Origin: Cyanobacteriota bacterium
GTDB lineage: Bacteria; Cyanobacteriota; Cyanobacteriia; Cyanobacteriales; Nostocaceae
Direction: 5' to 3'
Length of the DNA stretch: 64,000 nt
NCBI GenBank assembly: GCA_046045965.1
Contig: JBJOKS010000015.1
Span: 1-64,000, forward strand
Shown: positions 13,364 through 22,839 of the stretch, piece by piece
Numbering within the stretch: position 1 is the stretch's first letter
Layout: each line of letters starts with the position of its first letter
The notes under the pieces: model-generated
Database searches by the model: none
Told to the model about the DNA's origin: nothing
The model's input: the letters and a program-made list of their open reading frames with translations, nothing else
Made by a program: the position numbers and the translations under genes

Positions 13364-14551
13364 GTGAATTTACGTCAATTAATCCCAATTTTTGATAATT
13401 CTGTTTCTAGCTGGGCTTTAGAAGCCCGGTTGTTACGCTGGTTAACCTTACTCTGGCTGTTTATCGGCTTAGTTGTACTTTTTTCTGCATCCTACGTTGT
13501 GGCTGAGGAACGTCAGGATGATGGAATGTATTATTTCAAGCGTCAAATTATCTGGGTATTAGTTTCACTAATACTATTCAATATCATTGTCAATCTTCCC
13601 CTCCAGAAAATTTTAGGAGTATCTCATTGGTTTTTAATCCTGTTTTTATTGTTAATTTTCGTCACCCTCATTCCCGGATTAGGAAAGAAGGCATTTGACG
13701 CAGCACGATGGATAGCTATAGGTTCTATTCCCATTCAACCATCGGAATTAATTAAACCTTTTTTAGTATTACAAAGTGCGCGGCTTTTTGGTCAGTGGGC
13801 AAGATTAAGTTGGGAGGTTCGTCTTTCGTGGTTGGGTGTTTTTTGTCTTGTACTTTTAGGGATTCTTGCCCAACCTAATTTAAGTACAACAGCACTTTGT
13901 GGCATGACAATTTGGTTAATTGCCTTAGCTGCTGGACTACCATACAAATATTTGGGAGGAACAGCTATTGGTGGAGTTTTATTAGCACTACTGAGTATTA
14001 CTATCAAAGAATATCAACGCCGACGGGTAATGTCTTTTCTTAATCCCTGGGCTGATCCTACAGGAGATGGCTATCAGTTAGTACAAAGTTTATTAGCAGT
14101 AGGTTCAGGTCAAACTTGGGGGGTAGGCTTTGGACTTTCTCAACAAAAGCTATTTTATCTCCCCATTCAAGATACTGATTTTATCTTTGCTATCTTCGCT
14201 GAAGAATTTGGTTTTGTGGGGAGTATATTACTGTTGGTAATCTTAGCAATGTTCACTACTTTAGGTTTCATTGTCGCCATGAAAGCCAAAAATATCATTC
14301 ATAGATTAGTAGCAATTGGTGTTACTGTTGTGATGATTGGACAATCCTTACTACATATTGGTGTAGCTACAGGTGCTTTACCAACCACAGGTTTACCCTT
14401 ACCAATGTTTAGTTATGGTGGTAATTCTATGATTTCTAGTTTAGTCTCTGCGGCTTTATTAATTCGTGTTGCTAGAGAAAGCAGTGAAGCTGAAGTAGTA
14501 CCTTTACCAGTCAACAAACCGGAAAATAAACGTAGACGAAGAAGGTTTTAG
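13364..14551 (+). CDS. ftsW: SEDS family protein FtsW
   Basis: ARWI, IQPSEL, QPNLST, GYQLVQS, TDFIFAIFAEEFG, TGLPLPMFSYGG. Confidence 0.9.
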   Translation: MNLRQLIPIFDNSVSSWALEARLLRWLTLLWLFIGLVVLFSASYVVAEERQDDGMYYFKRQIIWVLVSLILFNIIVNLPLQKILGVSHWFLILFLLLIFVTLIPGLGKKAFDAARWIAIGSIPIQPSELIKPFLVLQSARLFGQWARLSWEVRLSWLGVFCLVLLGILAQPNLSTTALCGMTIWLIALAAGLPYKYLGGTAIGGVLLALLSITIKEYQRRRVMSFLNPWADPTGDGYQLVQSLLAVGSGQTWGVGFGLSQQKLFYLPIQDTDFIFAIFAEEFGFVGSILLLVILAMFTTLGFIVAMKAKNIIHRLVAIGVTVVMIGQSLLHIGVATGALPTTGLPLPMFSYGGNSMISSLVSAALLIRVARESSEAEVVPLPVNKPENKRRRRRF

Positions 14552-14869
14552 ATTTTTGACGGTGGGTACTACCCACCTTAAAGATATTGTGATATCAGTT
14601 TCCTTTACATAACCTTTACATAATTGTAATATCGGTTCAATTTGGTGATAGAGTATATCACAATCTCAAACCAATAAAATTAAGATTTTTATTACCACTC
14701 ATAGTCATTTTATTAAGCTCAAGAAAATTATCTTAACTTTTCTTCAGCAAAAATATCAAAAAAGTTAAATTTTGGTTAACAATGAAAAAATTGTACCGAT
14801 GTGCGATATTTAAAAGTATGGAGAATAAAAAATAGTGCATCGCACCTTGGTAGAACTCAAGATAATACA

Positions 14870-16216
14870 ATGCATACAATTCCCAGACTGAATAACCTAG
14901 CATCTACTCAAGTTACCCAACTAGATCATTGTAGTACCCAAAACCTACTAAACTATTTTGAAAATTCTTGGGAACTAGAAGAAACCCTGTTCAAAAGCAT
15001 AATTAACGCAGGTACATTTTACCTCAATCCTGACCCTTTAAGAAACAAATTAATTTTCTACCTTGGTCATTCCGCAGTTTTTTACATCAACAAATTAATT
15101 CGGGTTGGTTTATTAAAAAATCCTATCAATCCCCAATTTGAAATTATGTTTGAAATTGGTGTTGATCCAGAAACACCAAATGAACTAGAAGCAGCAACAA
15201 AAGATATCATCTGGCCTGATGTAGATGAAGTTTGGCAATACCGGAAAAAAGCTAAAGCAGAAATTATCAAGATTATCAAAAATACACCTTTAAATCTGCC
15301 CATTGATCAACAACATCCTTTATGGGCTTTATTAATGGCAATTGAACACAGTCGCATACATTTTGAAACTTCATCTATGTTACTGCGTCAATTACCAGTT
15401 GATAAATTAAAACGTCCCCAAGGTTGGAATTATGCACCGACAAATGGGAAAACTCCTGAAAATAAAATGGTTGAAGTTCCCGGTGGTGTAGTGAAATTAG
15501 GTAAAAAAGACAATGATTTAACTTTCGGTTGGGATAGTGAATATGGTAGTTTAGAAGTAGAAGTTCAACCATTTTTAGCTAGTCAAAATTTAATCACGAA
15601 TGGCGAATTTTTAGAATTTGTGCAAGCTGGTGGTTATGAAAATGCAGAATATTGGAATATTGAAGCTGGAAATTGGCAGCAACTCTATAATGTTCAACAT
15701 CCAAAATTCTGGATACCTGAAAATAATGGTAAATACCGCTATCGTGCCACCTTTGATGAAATAGATTTACCCTTAGATTGGCCTGTAGAAGTCAATTATT
15801 ATGAAGCCATAGCTTACTGTTCCTGGAAAGGTGAAGGTACTCGTTTAATGACAGAAGCAGAATGGAATCAATCTTTACAATTTTCTGAGTGTGAGGGTTT
15901 AGAAAATAACTACAATCTCAATTTAAAATATGTTTCACCTTCACCCGTAGGAATGTGTTCAACAAATAAGAAATCGGGGATTTTTGACTTACGGGGTAAT
16001 GTTTGGGAATGGTTATCCAGCACATTTTACCCCTTACCAGGATTTCAAACTCATCATCTTTATGAAGATCAATCAGCGCCATTTTTCGATGATAACCATC
16101 AGATGATGCTTGGTGGTTCTTGGGCAACAAATGGGACAATGGCTTTACCATGTTATCGAAATTGGTTTCGTCCTTTTTTCTATCAGCACGTTGGTTTTAG
16201 AATTGCTGAAAGTTGA
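14870..16216 (+). CDS. OvoA-like sulfoxide synthase lacking the methyltransferase domain (probable EgtB-ovo type)
   Basis: DinB-like domain with YLGHSAVFYINKL and EHSRIHFE iron ligands; FGE-sulfatase domain (GNVWEW, FRPFFYQHVGFR). No C-terminal methyltransferase. Likely start is ATG 14870. Confidence 0.85.
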   Translation: MHTIPRLNNLASTQVTQLDHCSTQNLLNYFENSWELEETLFKSIINAGTFYLNPDPLRNKLIFYLGHSAVFYINKLIRVGLLKNPINPQFEIMFEIGVDPETPNELEAATKDIIWPDVDEVWQYRKKAKAEIIKIIKNTPLNLPIDQQHPLWALLMAIEHSRIHFETSSMLLRQLPVDKLKRPQGWNYAPTNGKTPENKMVEVPGGVVKLGKKDNDLTFGWDSEYGSLEVEVQPFLASQNLITNGEFLEFVQAGGYENAEYWNIEAGNWQQLYNVQHPKFWIPENNGKYRYRATFDEIDLPLDWPVEVNYYEAIAYCSWKGEGTRLMTEAEWNQSLQFSECEGLENNYNLNLKYVSPSPVGMCSTNKKSGIFDLRGNVWEWLSSTFYPLPGFQTHHLYEDQSAPFFDDNHQMMLGGSWATNGTMALPCYRNWFRPFFYQHVGFRIAES

Positions 16217-16325
16217 GATTAGGTGACAGGTGACAGTTATAGAAAACTGTTTAGATATATCTGAAACAACGCAAAAATCACGAAACCTAAAAATTGTCAA
16301 CAGTTAATTTCCCAGGATATAAACC

Positions 16326-17315
16326 ATGATTGCAGAAACATTAAACACACAAATTTTAACAGTTTTAGATCATCATTATGAAGAGTTACGTGATGATGGA
16401 AAAGATGTGATTCAGGGATTAAATCAAACTCCAAAAACTTTATCTCCTAAATATTTCTATGATGATCCTGGTTCTCTATTATTTGAAAAAATTTGTGAGT
16501 TACCAGAATATTATCCTACACGCACAGAAGCATGGATTTTAAATCAATATGCTGATGAAATTGCGGAAATTACAAATTGTTGTGAATTAATAGAGTTGGG
16601 TAGTGGTAGTTCTACTAAAACTCAAGCTTTATTAGATGCTTATCAAAAAATAGCTGATTCTTGTAGATATCTTCCTATTGATGTGAGTGGAGGAATTCTC
16701 AAAACCAGTGTTTTGCAGTTACAAGATAAATATCCTGATTTTACAATTCATGGTTTATTGGGAACTTATGAACAAGCTTTAGTTCATTTGGAAACCAATT
16801 ATTTACAGTCGCGGATGTTGTTTTTTCTGGGAAGTTCGTTAGGGAATTTTAACCCAGAAGAATGTGATATTTTTTTAAATCAAGTTTCTCGAACCTTAAA
16901 AACAGGAGACTATTTTTTACTGGGTGTAGATTTACAAAAACCCAAGGATATTTTAGAAGCAGCTTATAACGATAGTCAAGGTGTGACTGCTGCTTTTAAT
17001 TTGAATATGCTTTCTCATTTGAATTGGCGTTTTCAAGGTGATTTTGACATCAATTTGTTTAGACATCAAGCGATTTATAATCAGGTTGATAATCAAATTG
17101 AAATGTATTTACATTGTCAAAAAAGCCATTGGGTAAAATTAGAAGCTTTGGATTTAAAAGTTTCCTTTGAAGAGGGAGAAAGTATACTTACGGAAATTTC
17201 CCGCAAGTTTGATTTAACAACGATGGAAAAACAATTGCAAAGTAAAGGATTGAAAACCATCAAAACTTGGACAGATGAAAAAGGATGGTTTGGTTTGATT
17301 CTTTGTCAAGTTTAA
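16326..17315 (+). CDS. egtD: L-histidine N-alpha-trimethyltransferase EgtD
   Basis: PKYFYD, LPEYYPTRTE, ELGSGSSTKT, AYNDSQGVTAAFNLN, TEISRKF. Confidence 0.93.
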   Translation: MIAETLNTQILTVLDHHYEELRDDGKDVIQGLNQTPKTLSPKYFYDDPGSLLFEKICELPEYYPTRTEAWILNQYADEIAEITNCCELIELGSGSSTKTQALLDAYQKIADSCRYLPIDVSGGILKTSVLQLQDKYPDFTIHGLLGTYEQALVHLETNYLQSRMLFFLGSSLGNFNPEECDIFLNQVSRTLKTGDYFLLGVDLQKPKDILEAAYNDSQGVTAAFNLNMLSHLNWRFQGDFDINLFRHQAIYNQVDNQIEMYLHCQKSHWVKLEALDLKVSFEEGESILTEISRKFDLTTMEKQLQSKGLKTIKTWTDEKGWFGLILCQV

Positions 17316-17439
17316 ATATTCGTCAATTTGAAATCAAGAGAGAATTTTATTTTATCTTCGATCAGGGAGTATTGATGTTAACTGTGTCAACTCAAATTCA
17401 CTAGACTCAAACATCTAACAGGGTAAACAGGGTAAAAAA

Positions 17440-18555
17440 ATGGAAGCTATCTGGAACGCGCTCAAAAGTATCAATTATTCAAATTTTCCCATTGCTAAAA
17501 TTGCTGCTGTAATTGTCATTCTGACGATGACACAGACATTAAGAAGGTTTTTTCTGGCAGTGATCATTAAAACCATTGAAAAGTTCACAAGCAAAACAGA
17601 AACTACCCTTGATGATGAATTAATTGCTATTATTAAGCCAGCTTTAAACTGGCTAATTCTCATTGGTGGATTTTGGCTAACCAAGGAAATTCTTGCAGAG
17701 GAATTAGGTCCTAAATTAACAGATACTATTGGTAAAAGTCTGAACCTAGTAGTTATTTTCATTGTTGGCTATGTTGTTTATCGTAGTTCTTCAATTTTAG
17801 GTCAGTTAATTGCTAACGTTGTCCTGCAAACAGAAACTGAACTTGATGAATTGCTCAGACCGTTGATGCCGAAAATTTTTCAATCAGCGGCAATTATTGT
17901 ATTAACAATTAAAATCAGCGAGATATTTTTAGGACAATCTGCTGCTGCGCTTGTGGGTCTACTCGGTGGTGCTGGTATCACTTTAGGTTTACTCTTCAAA
18001 GACATTGTTTATGATTGGTTTTGTACAGTGATTATCTATTCTGATAATCTGTATCGTGAAGGTGACTGGGTGGGAATATCAGGAGTAGATGGTTTTGTAC
18101 AGATCCTCAATATTGGCTTTAGAACCACAACACTGCATATAGTTAAATGGGGTTCAATCATGAAAATGCCCAATTCTCGCATGATTTCTGGAATTGTCGA
18201 AAATTGGTCACAAAATCCAGGGGAAGAATTGAAGTGGGGATTAAATTTAATTCTCAAAATTGATGGTATTTCCGCAAAACAAACTGCGAGAATTTGTGAT
18301 GCTATTCAACAAATGCCAACATCTATTGCTGGCTTGTCCCCTAAGTGTACAGTGCGTTTCAAAAATATTGAAAAGAATGCCAGAGTTATTGAACTTATGG
18401 CATTTGTGAATGATGATAATCTCTACTTTGATGCTGAGAAAAACTTAAATTTAGCCATTTTGGAGCTTTTAGAACAAGAGGGTATTGATTCTCTGTATGT
18501 GGAGTTGAGAACAGAACCAGAAAAATATAAACCGAGGCAAAACAGCAACAATTAA
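17440..18555 (+). CDS. MscS-family mechanosensitive channel
   Basis: TM helices, GLLGGAGITLG, GDWV...IGFRTT, PNS. Confidence 0.85.
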   Translation: MEAIWNALKSINYSNFPIAKIAAVIVILTMTQTLRRFFLAVIIKTIEKFTSKTETTLDDELIAIIKPALNWLILIGGFWLTKEILAEELGPKLTDTIGKSLNLVVIFIVGYVVYRSSSILGQLIANVVLQTETELDELLRPLMPKIFQSAAIIVLTIKISEIFLGQSAAALVGLLGGAGITLGLLFKDIVYDWFCTVIIYSDNLYREGDWVGISGVDGFVQILNIGFRTTTLHIVKWGSIMKMPNSRMISGIVENWSQNPGEELKWGLNLILKIDGISAKQTARICDAIQQMPTSIAGLSPKCTVRFKNIEKNARVIELMAFVNDDNLYFDAEKNLNLAILELLEQEGIDSLYVELRTEPEKYKPRQNSNN

Positions 18556-18572
18556 AAAAGTTCAGAATAGAT

Positions 18573-18601
18573 ATACCCGAATTCTTTGAGGATTTGGGTA
18601 T
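18573..18601. repeat. Short palindromic dispersed repeat (family also at 46559, 54502, 61080)
   Basis: ATACCCGAATTCTTTGAGGATTTGGGTAT is a degenerate copy of ATCCCCGACTTCT-N-AGAAGTCGGGGAT. Confidence 0.5.
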
Positions 18602-18636
18602 TTGGGTATCAATGAAAATGCGAAAATTACCTCACT

Positions 18637-20220
18637 ATGAACATATTAATTATTTTAGCTGAAGTCGGCATTTTAATAATTGTTTTTATATTATTAAGAT
18701 GGCTTGTAGGTAAGTTATTCAAGCTGTTGGTTAGATTATCAATATTGAAGGGTGACGATTTAAAAATCAAAATCCTGCGCCGCAATATTACTGGTTTATT
18801 GTTGCTTAGTTGTATAGTATTGTGCATTTTAATTGTCGGTGCTAATGGTTATCTGATCTATCGGGGGGAAAACCTTAAACAATATACAATAGCCCTAATT
18901 CGCAAGATTCCATCAGGATTTTGGGTGACATTAGGAATTGGTATTGCTCAAAGTATTAGTGTTATAATTGCAGCAGTCATAGCTCTAAAAGTTATCAAAT
19001 ATTGGTTGAAGATAGCTAGTAATCGCGCCAAGAACTTAGACCAAAATACAGCTGATGATGAAAGTATTGATGCTTTTTTTACCGCATTCAATCAAAGAAT
19101 CAGAGGTGGAATTTGGTTATGGGTTCTGATTGCTTGTACCCAATTTCTCAACTTACCAAAAGTAGTTTCCGAATATCTATATATCGCACTACGAATCTAT
19201 CTGATCATTGGTGTGGGATTACTGATTCTCAAAGCAGTGGCCGCAATTGTTGATACCCTAGATGTTCTGAGCGTCAAATACTCCAGTCCTGATAATTTGT
19301 TGAGATTTTATGATCGTCTTCAACATCTGATTCCCTTTTTGAAACGGTGTTTGGAATTTGTGATCTACGTCTGCACAGTAACATTAGTAATTCAGCAGAT
19401 ACAGTTAATAGCTAATCTAGCCACTTTTGGTCTAAAAATTATCAAAATCATCGCTATCATCTTCATTAGTCGTGTGATGTTTGAGGTGATTTACTTACTG
19501 CTAGAAGAGGTGCTGTTCAAAGACCAGAATTTGACTGACATCCAAAAAAGCAGACGTTTAACTATGATTCCTTTGTTTCGTAGTTTGTTGCAATATTTCA
19601 TTTACTTCAGTGTTGCGGTTTCCGTTCTCTATATTCTTGATATTAATCCTACTCCTATCTTAGCAGGTGCTGGAATTGTGGGTATTGCTGTGGGGTTAGG
19701 CGCACAAACATTAATTAATGATATAGTTTGTGGCTTTTTTATTCTCTTTGAAAATTACTATTTGGTAGGTGACTATATTGAAGCTGGGAAAGCCGAAGAG
19801 AAAACTGTAGAAGGTACTGTTGAAGCCATTGAATTGAGAACTACCCGGATTAGACATCCCAATGGTCAATTGCAGATTATTCGTAATGGGGATATTGGCT
19901 CAATTACTAATTACTCTAAACAGTATATATTTGCAGTAGTAGAAGTTTATGTACCTTACAATTCTAATTTAACTCATATATATCAAGTAATTGAAGAAAT
20001 AGGACAGCAGTTAAAAACAAATGATCCAGATGTCCTTGAACCCACTCTAGTAGATGGTGTAGAAAGTATGGGTGAATCTAATTTGTTGCTGCGAACGTTG
20101 ACAAAAGTAAAGCCAGGAAAACATATTCAGATCCAGCGAATTTTGCGGAAGATGTTTATGGATACTTTATTGATGGAAGGTATTCTACTTCCTGCTGGTA
20201 ATGAAAGTAAGGAAGATTAA
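18637..20220 (+). CDS. MscS-family channel with extended N-terminal TM region
   Basis: ILAGAGIVGIAVGLGAQTLINDIVCGFFIL; VEAIELRTTRIR. Confidence 0.88.
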   Translation: MNILIILAEVGILIIVFILLRWLVGKLFKLLVRLSILKGDDLKIKILRRNITGLLLLSCIVLCILIVGANGYLIYRGENLKQYTIALIRKIPSGFWVTLGIGIAQSISVIIAAVIALKVIKYWLKIASNRAKNLDQNTADDESIDAFFTAFNQRIRGGIWLWVLIACTQFLNLPKVVSEYLYIALRIYLIIGVGLLILKAVAAIVDTLDVLSVKYSSPDNLLRFYDRLQHLIPFLKRCLEFVIYVCTVTLVIQQIQLIANLATFGLKIIKIIAIIFISRVMFEVIYLLLEEVLFKDQNLTDIQKSRRLTMIPLFRSLLQYFIYFSVAVSVLYILDINPTPILAGAGIVGIAVGLGAQTLINDIVCGFFILFENYYLVGDYIEAGKAEEKTVEGTVEAIELRTTRIRHPNGQLQIIRNGDIGSITNYSKQYIFAVVEVYVPYNSNLTHIYQVIEEIGQQLKTNDPDVLEPTLVDGVESMGESNLLLRTLTKVKPGKHIQIQRILRKMFMDTLLMEGILLPAGNESKED

Positions 20221-20550
20221 TTTGATATATTCTGAGTCTTTCCAATTCTCATCCTTAATAAATTTGGGTAAATTAGGCAATTAGTTAAGTTTTGTTTTTG
20301 GGATGTCTATCAAGGTGACAAAAAATGATATTCTACAAATGTCCAATTGGGAAAATTTCTATTAATCCTGGATTTTTGATGATTACAAATCCAGAAGATA
20401 ATGATATAATTGGGATGAGATTGATCAGAAACTAATTGATTTTCTACTTACCAATTATAAAATATCAACTGAACACCTAAAATTGATTACTGCTGTCGTT
20501 AAACTTGTTTGTCAAAGATTCAAAATATCAAGAACTAACAGGAGATTCCT

Positions 20551-22080
20551 ATGAAGCTAAAAAATCACAGCATCGGATTAGTTGAAGTACCTGCGTTGGG
20601 ATTATATGACGAAGAAGGACATAATTGGACAGCATTATATAGACGTAATACGTTGCTGAGTAAACAAGTATTAATAGCAGATTTACAAGCAGGTGGTTTT
20701 GATGCTCAACTGGTTAATTTGAAAGCTGGTGATTGTCAAGAACCCTTTGGAGAGGTAACTTGGAAAGGGATGAACTTGACGAAAGCTTATGTAGGTCAGA
20801 GGATTTTTGATGTAGATCCTGAAGCTTATGATGCTTGGGGCGTGACAGTTAATTATACCCAAGAACGTCAAGTCACCTGTATGGCGATCGCTCATTTTGC
20901 CAGTAAAGGAAAACCCGTTGTAGTTGGTGGTTCAGATGCGATCGCCGAACCCAAATATTATTTAGATGCAGGTGCAACAGCAATAGTAATTGATAAATCT
21001 GGAGCAGCTAACTGGCCGATTTTTGATCATGTACTCGGTAAAACTCCCAGAGAAAAACTCACAGGAGTAATATTAGCCGATGGTACTTATCATCCCACAC
21101 GCCCACAAGCCATGAGTCCTGATCAATGGGCGTTACCATCGGTAGATGTAGCCAGACAATGTTTAGGACAAGAGTATTCAGAAGAGCCTTTTGTGGAAGA
21201 TTTAGTACCTATAGGTTCGGTGTATCCTGACATTGGATGCGATCGCAAATGCGACTTTTGCCAAACTCCAACTTACACATCTGGCTATCGGCGAATGTCA
21301 CCCCAAACTACCCTCAATTGGATTGCTCGGCAAAAAGAAGCCGGCGCAAAATGCACAGTCATGGGTTCAGATCAATTTCTCGGTAGAGTGCTATTTCCAG
21401 GAGGAAAAGAAGAGATTCTAGAAATCACCAAAGGTGCAAGAGAAATGGGAATGCCCCTTTTATGGCCTAATGGTTTAGAACTTAGAAAAGCCACATTAGG
21501 AAGAGGACGCAACTATGATCACACAGACCTCACACCCGACGAAGAACTGATCGAAGCACTGTGGGGATGGGATGGCAAAGTAGGCGGATTTTTAGGTTAT
21601 ATACCCGCAGAACGTCCCGTTTTTGGCAGAGAATCTTACAGTAAACTTCTGCCCTGGCAACAACATTGTGAGATGATGAAACTTATTGTTAGAGCAGGTC
21701 TTCCCGTCATAGTTTATGGTTTAATTATCGGCTTTCCTGACGACACTCAAGATAGTTTACTTCGTCTCGAAGAAGGCGTTTTAGAACTCCATCAACAACT
21801 CCGAGAAATTAACCCCGAATTAGAATTTCAAGTAGCTTCCTATGCAATTTCTCCCATCCCCGGAACACCCCAAGGAGAAAACATTCGTAAATCAGGATTA
21901 TTGCGTTTTGATGATCCATCCATCATTGGTGGTTTCTGGACTCCCAGTTGTGACACCCACCATCTCAGCTATGAAGATATTTCTGAGTGGCAATTTCGAC
22001 TAGCTCAAATCGGTAAAGCAGAATCTAAAATCATCAACTATCATGGAGGACTCACAAAACTTTCTGCTAGTGTGAATTAA
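20551..22080 (+). CDS. Radical SAM protein with N-terminal cobalamin-binding-like domain
   Basis: GCDRKCDFC (CxxxCxxC); VVVGGSDA in the B12-domain position; IIGFPDDT and PIPGTP. Confidence 0.8.
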   Translation: MKLKNHSIGLVEVPALGLYDEEGHNWTALYRRNTLLSKQVLIADLQAGGFDAQLVNLKAGDCQEPFGEVTWKGMNLTKAYVGQRIFDVDPEAYDAWGVTVNYTQERQVTCMAIAHFASKGKPVVVGGSDAIAEPKYYLDAGATAIVIDKSGAANWPIFDHVLGKTPREKLTGVILADGTYHPTRPQAMSPDQWALPSVDVARQCLGQEYSEEPFVEDLVPIGSVYPDIGCDRKCDFCQTPTYTSGYRRMSPQTTLNWIARQKEAGAKCTVMGSDQFLGRVLFPGGKEEILEITKGAREMGMPLLWPNGLELRKATLGRGRNYDHTDLTPDEELIEALWGWDGKVGGFLGYIPAERPVFGRESYSKLLPWQQHCEMMKLIVRAGLPVIVYGLIIGFPDDTQDSLLRLEEGVLELHQQLREINPELEFQVASYAISPIPGTPQGENIRKSGLLRFDDPSIIGGFWTPSCDTHHLSYEDISEWQFRLAQIGKAESKIINYHGGLTKLSASVN

Positions 22081-22151
22081 ATAACTCTTTCTCTCTGCGC
22101 CTCTGTGCCTCTGCGTGAGAAAAATCATCCCATTAGTTGAGGAAATAAATC

Positions 22152-22649
22152 ATGATCAGACCACAACCTATACCACCACAACCAGGACAAGAATCAGTTT
22201 GGGACTATCCCCGTCCAGCAATTTTACAAGATACCGATAAACACCTGAAAGTAATTTGTAATGGTATTGTTTTAGCAGAAACAAATAGAGGAAAAAGAGT
22301 TTTAGAAACCAGTCATCCTCCCACCTATTACTTTCCCCCAGAAGATATTAAACTAGAACATTTAATTGCCACACCAAAGAAAAATCTCTGTGAATGGAAA
22401 GGTGCATATCAATATTATGATATCAAGATTGGTGATAAGTATATCAATTTTGCAGCTTGGCGATATTTTCAACCGACTCCAAATTTTGCCCCCATTCAAG
22501 AATACTATGGTTTTATCGCAGCTTTAATGGATGCTTGTTATGTCAATGATGAGCTAGTAAAACCCCAATCTGGTGATTTTTACGGAGGATGGATAACTGC
22601 GGATATTGTTGGACCATTTAAAGGTGAACCAGGTACTTGGGGATGGTAA
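22152..22649 (+). CDS. DUF427-domain protein
   Basis: ESVWDYPRP, VLETSHPPTYYFP, CEWKG. Confidence 0.88.
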   Translation: MIRPQPIPPQPGQESVWDYPRPAILQDTDKHLKVICNGIVLAETNRGKRVLETSHPPTYYFPPEDIKLEHLIATPKKNLCEWKGAYQYYDIKIGDKYINFAAWRYFQPTPNFAPIQEYYGFIAALMDACYVNDELVKPQSGDFYGGWITADIVGPFKGEPGTWGW

Positions 22650-22654
22650 ATTGC

Positions 22655-22810
22655 GTAGGTTGGGTTGAACGAAGTGAAACCCAACAAAAGTTAATTTTGT
22701 AGGTTGGGTTAAACCATAGTTAATTTCGTAGGTTGGTTTGAACACAGTGAAACCCGACAAAAGTTAATCATCTGATCAATGTTGGGTTTCCTAACGTCAA
22801 CCCAACCTAC
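22655..22810. repeat. Cluster of GTAG-type REP-like palindromes (BIME-like)
   Basis: GTAGGTTGGGTTGAAC..GAAACCCAACA occurs three times on + (one truncated), plus an inverted copy TGTTGGGTTTC..CAACCCAACCTAC. Confidence 0.85.
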
Positions 22811-22839
22811 ATTATGAGATAAAAGATAACTTTATAATC

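Noticed and set aside
14870..16216. Ovothiol synthase ovoA
   Set aside because: Lacks the C-terminal methyltransferase and is coupled to egtD, so the gene symbol is withheld.
22655..22810. Possible CRISPR array
   Set aside because: Units vary in length and orientation, spacers are neither unique nor regular, and no cas genes are present. This fits REP-like repeats.
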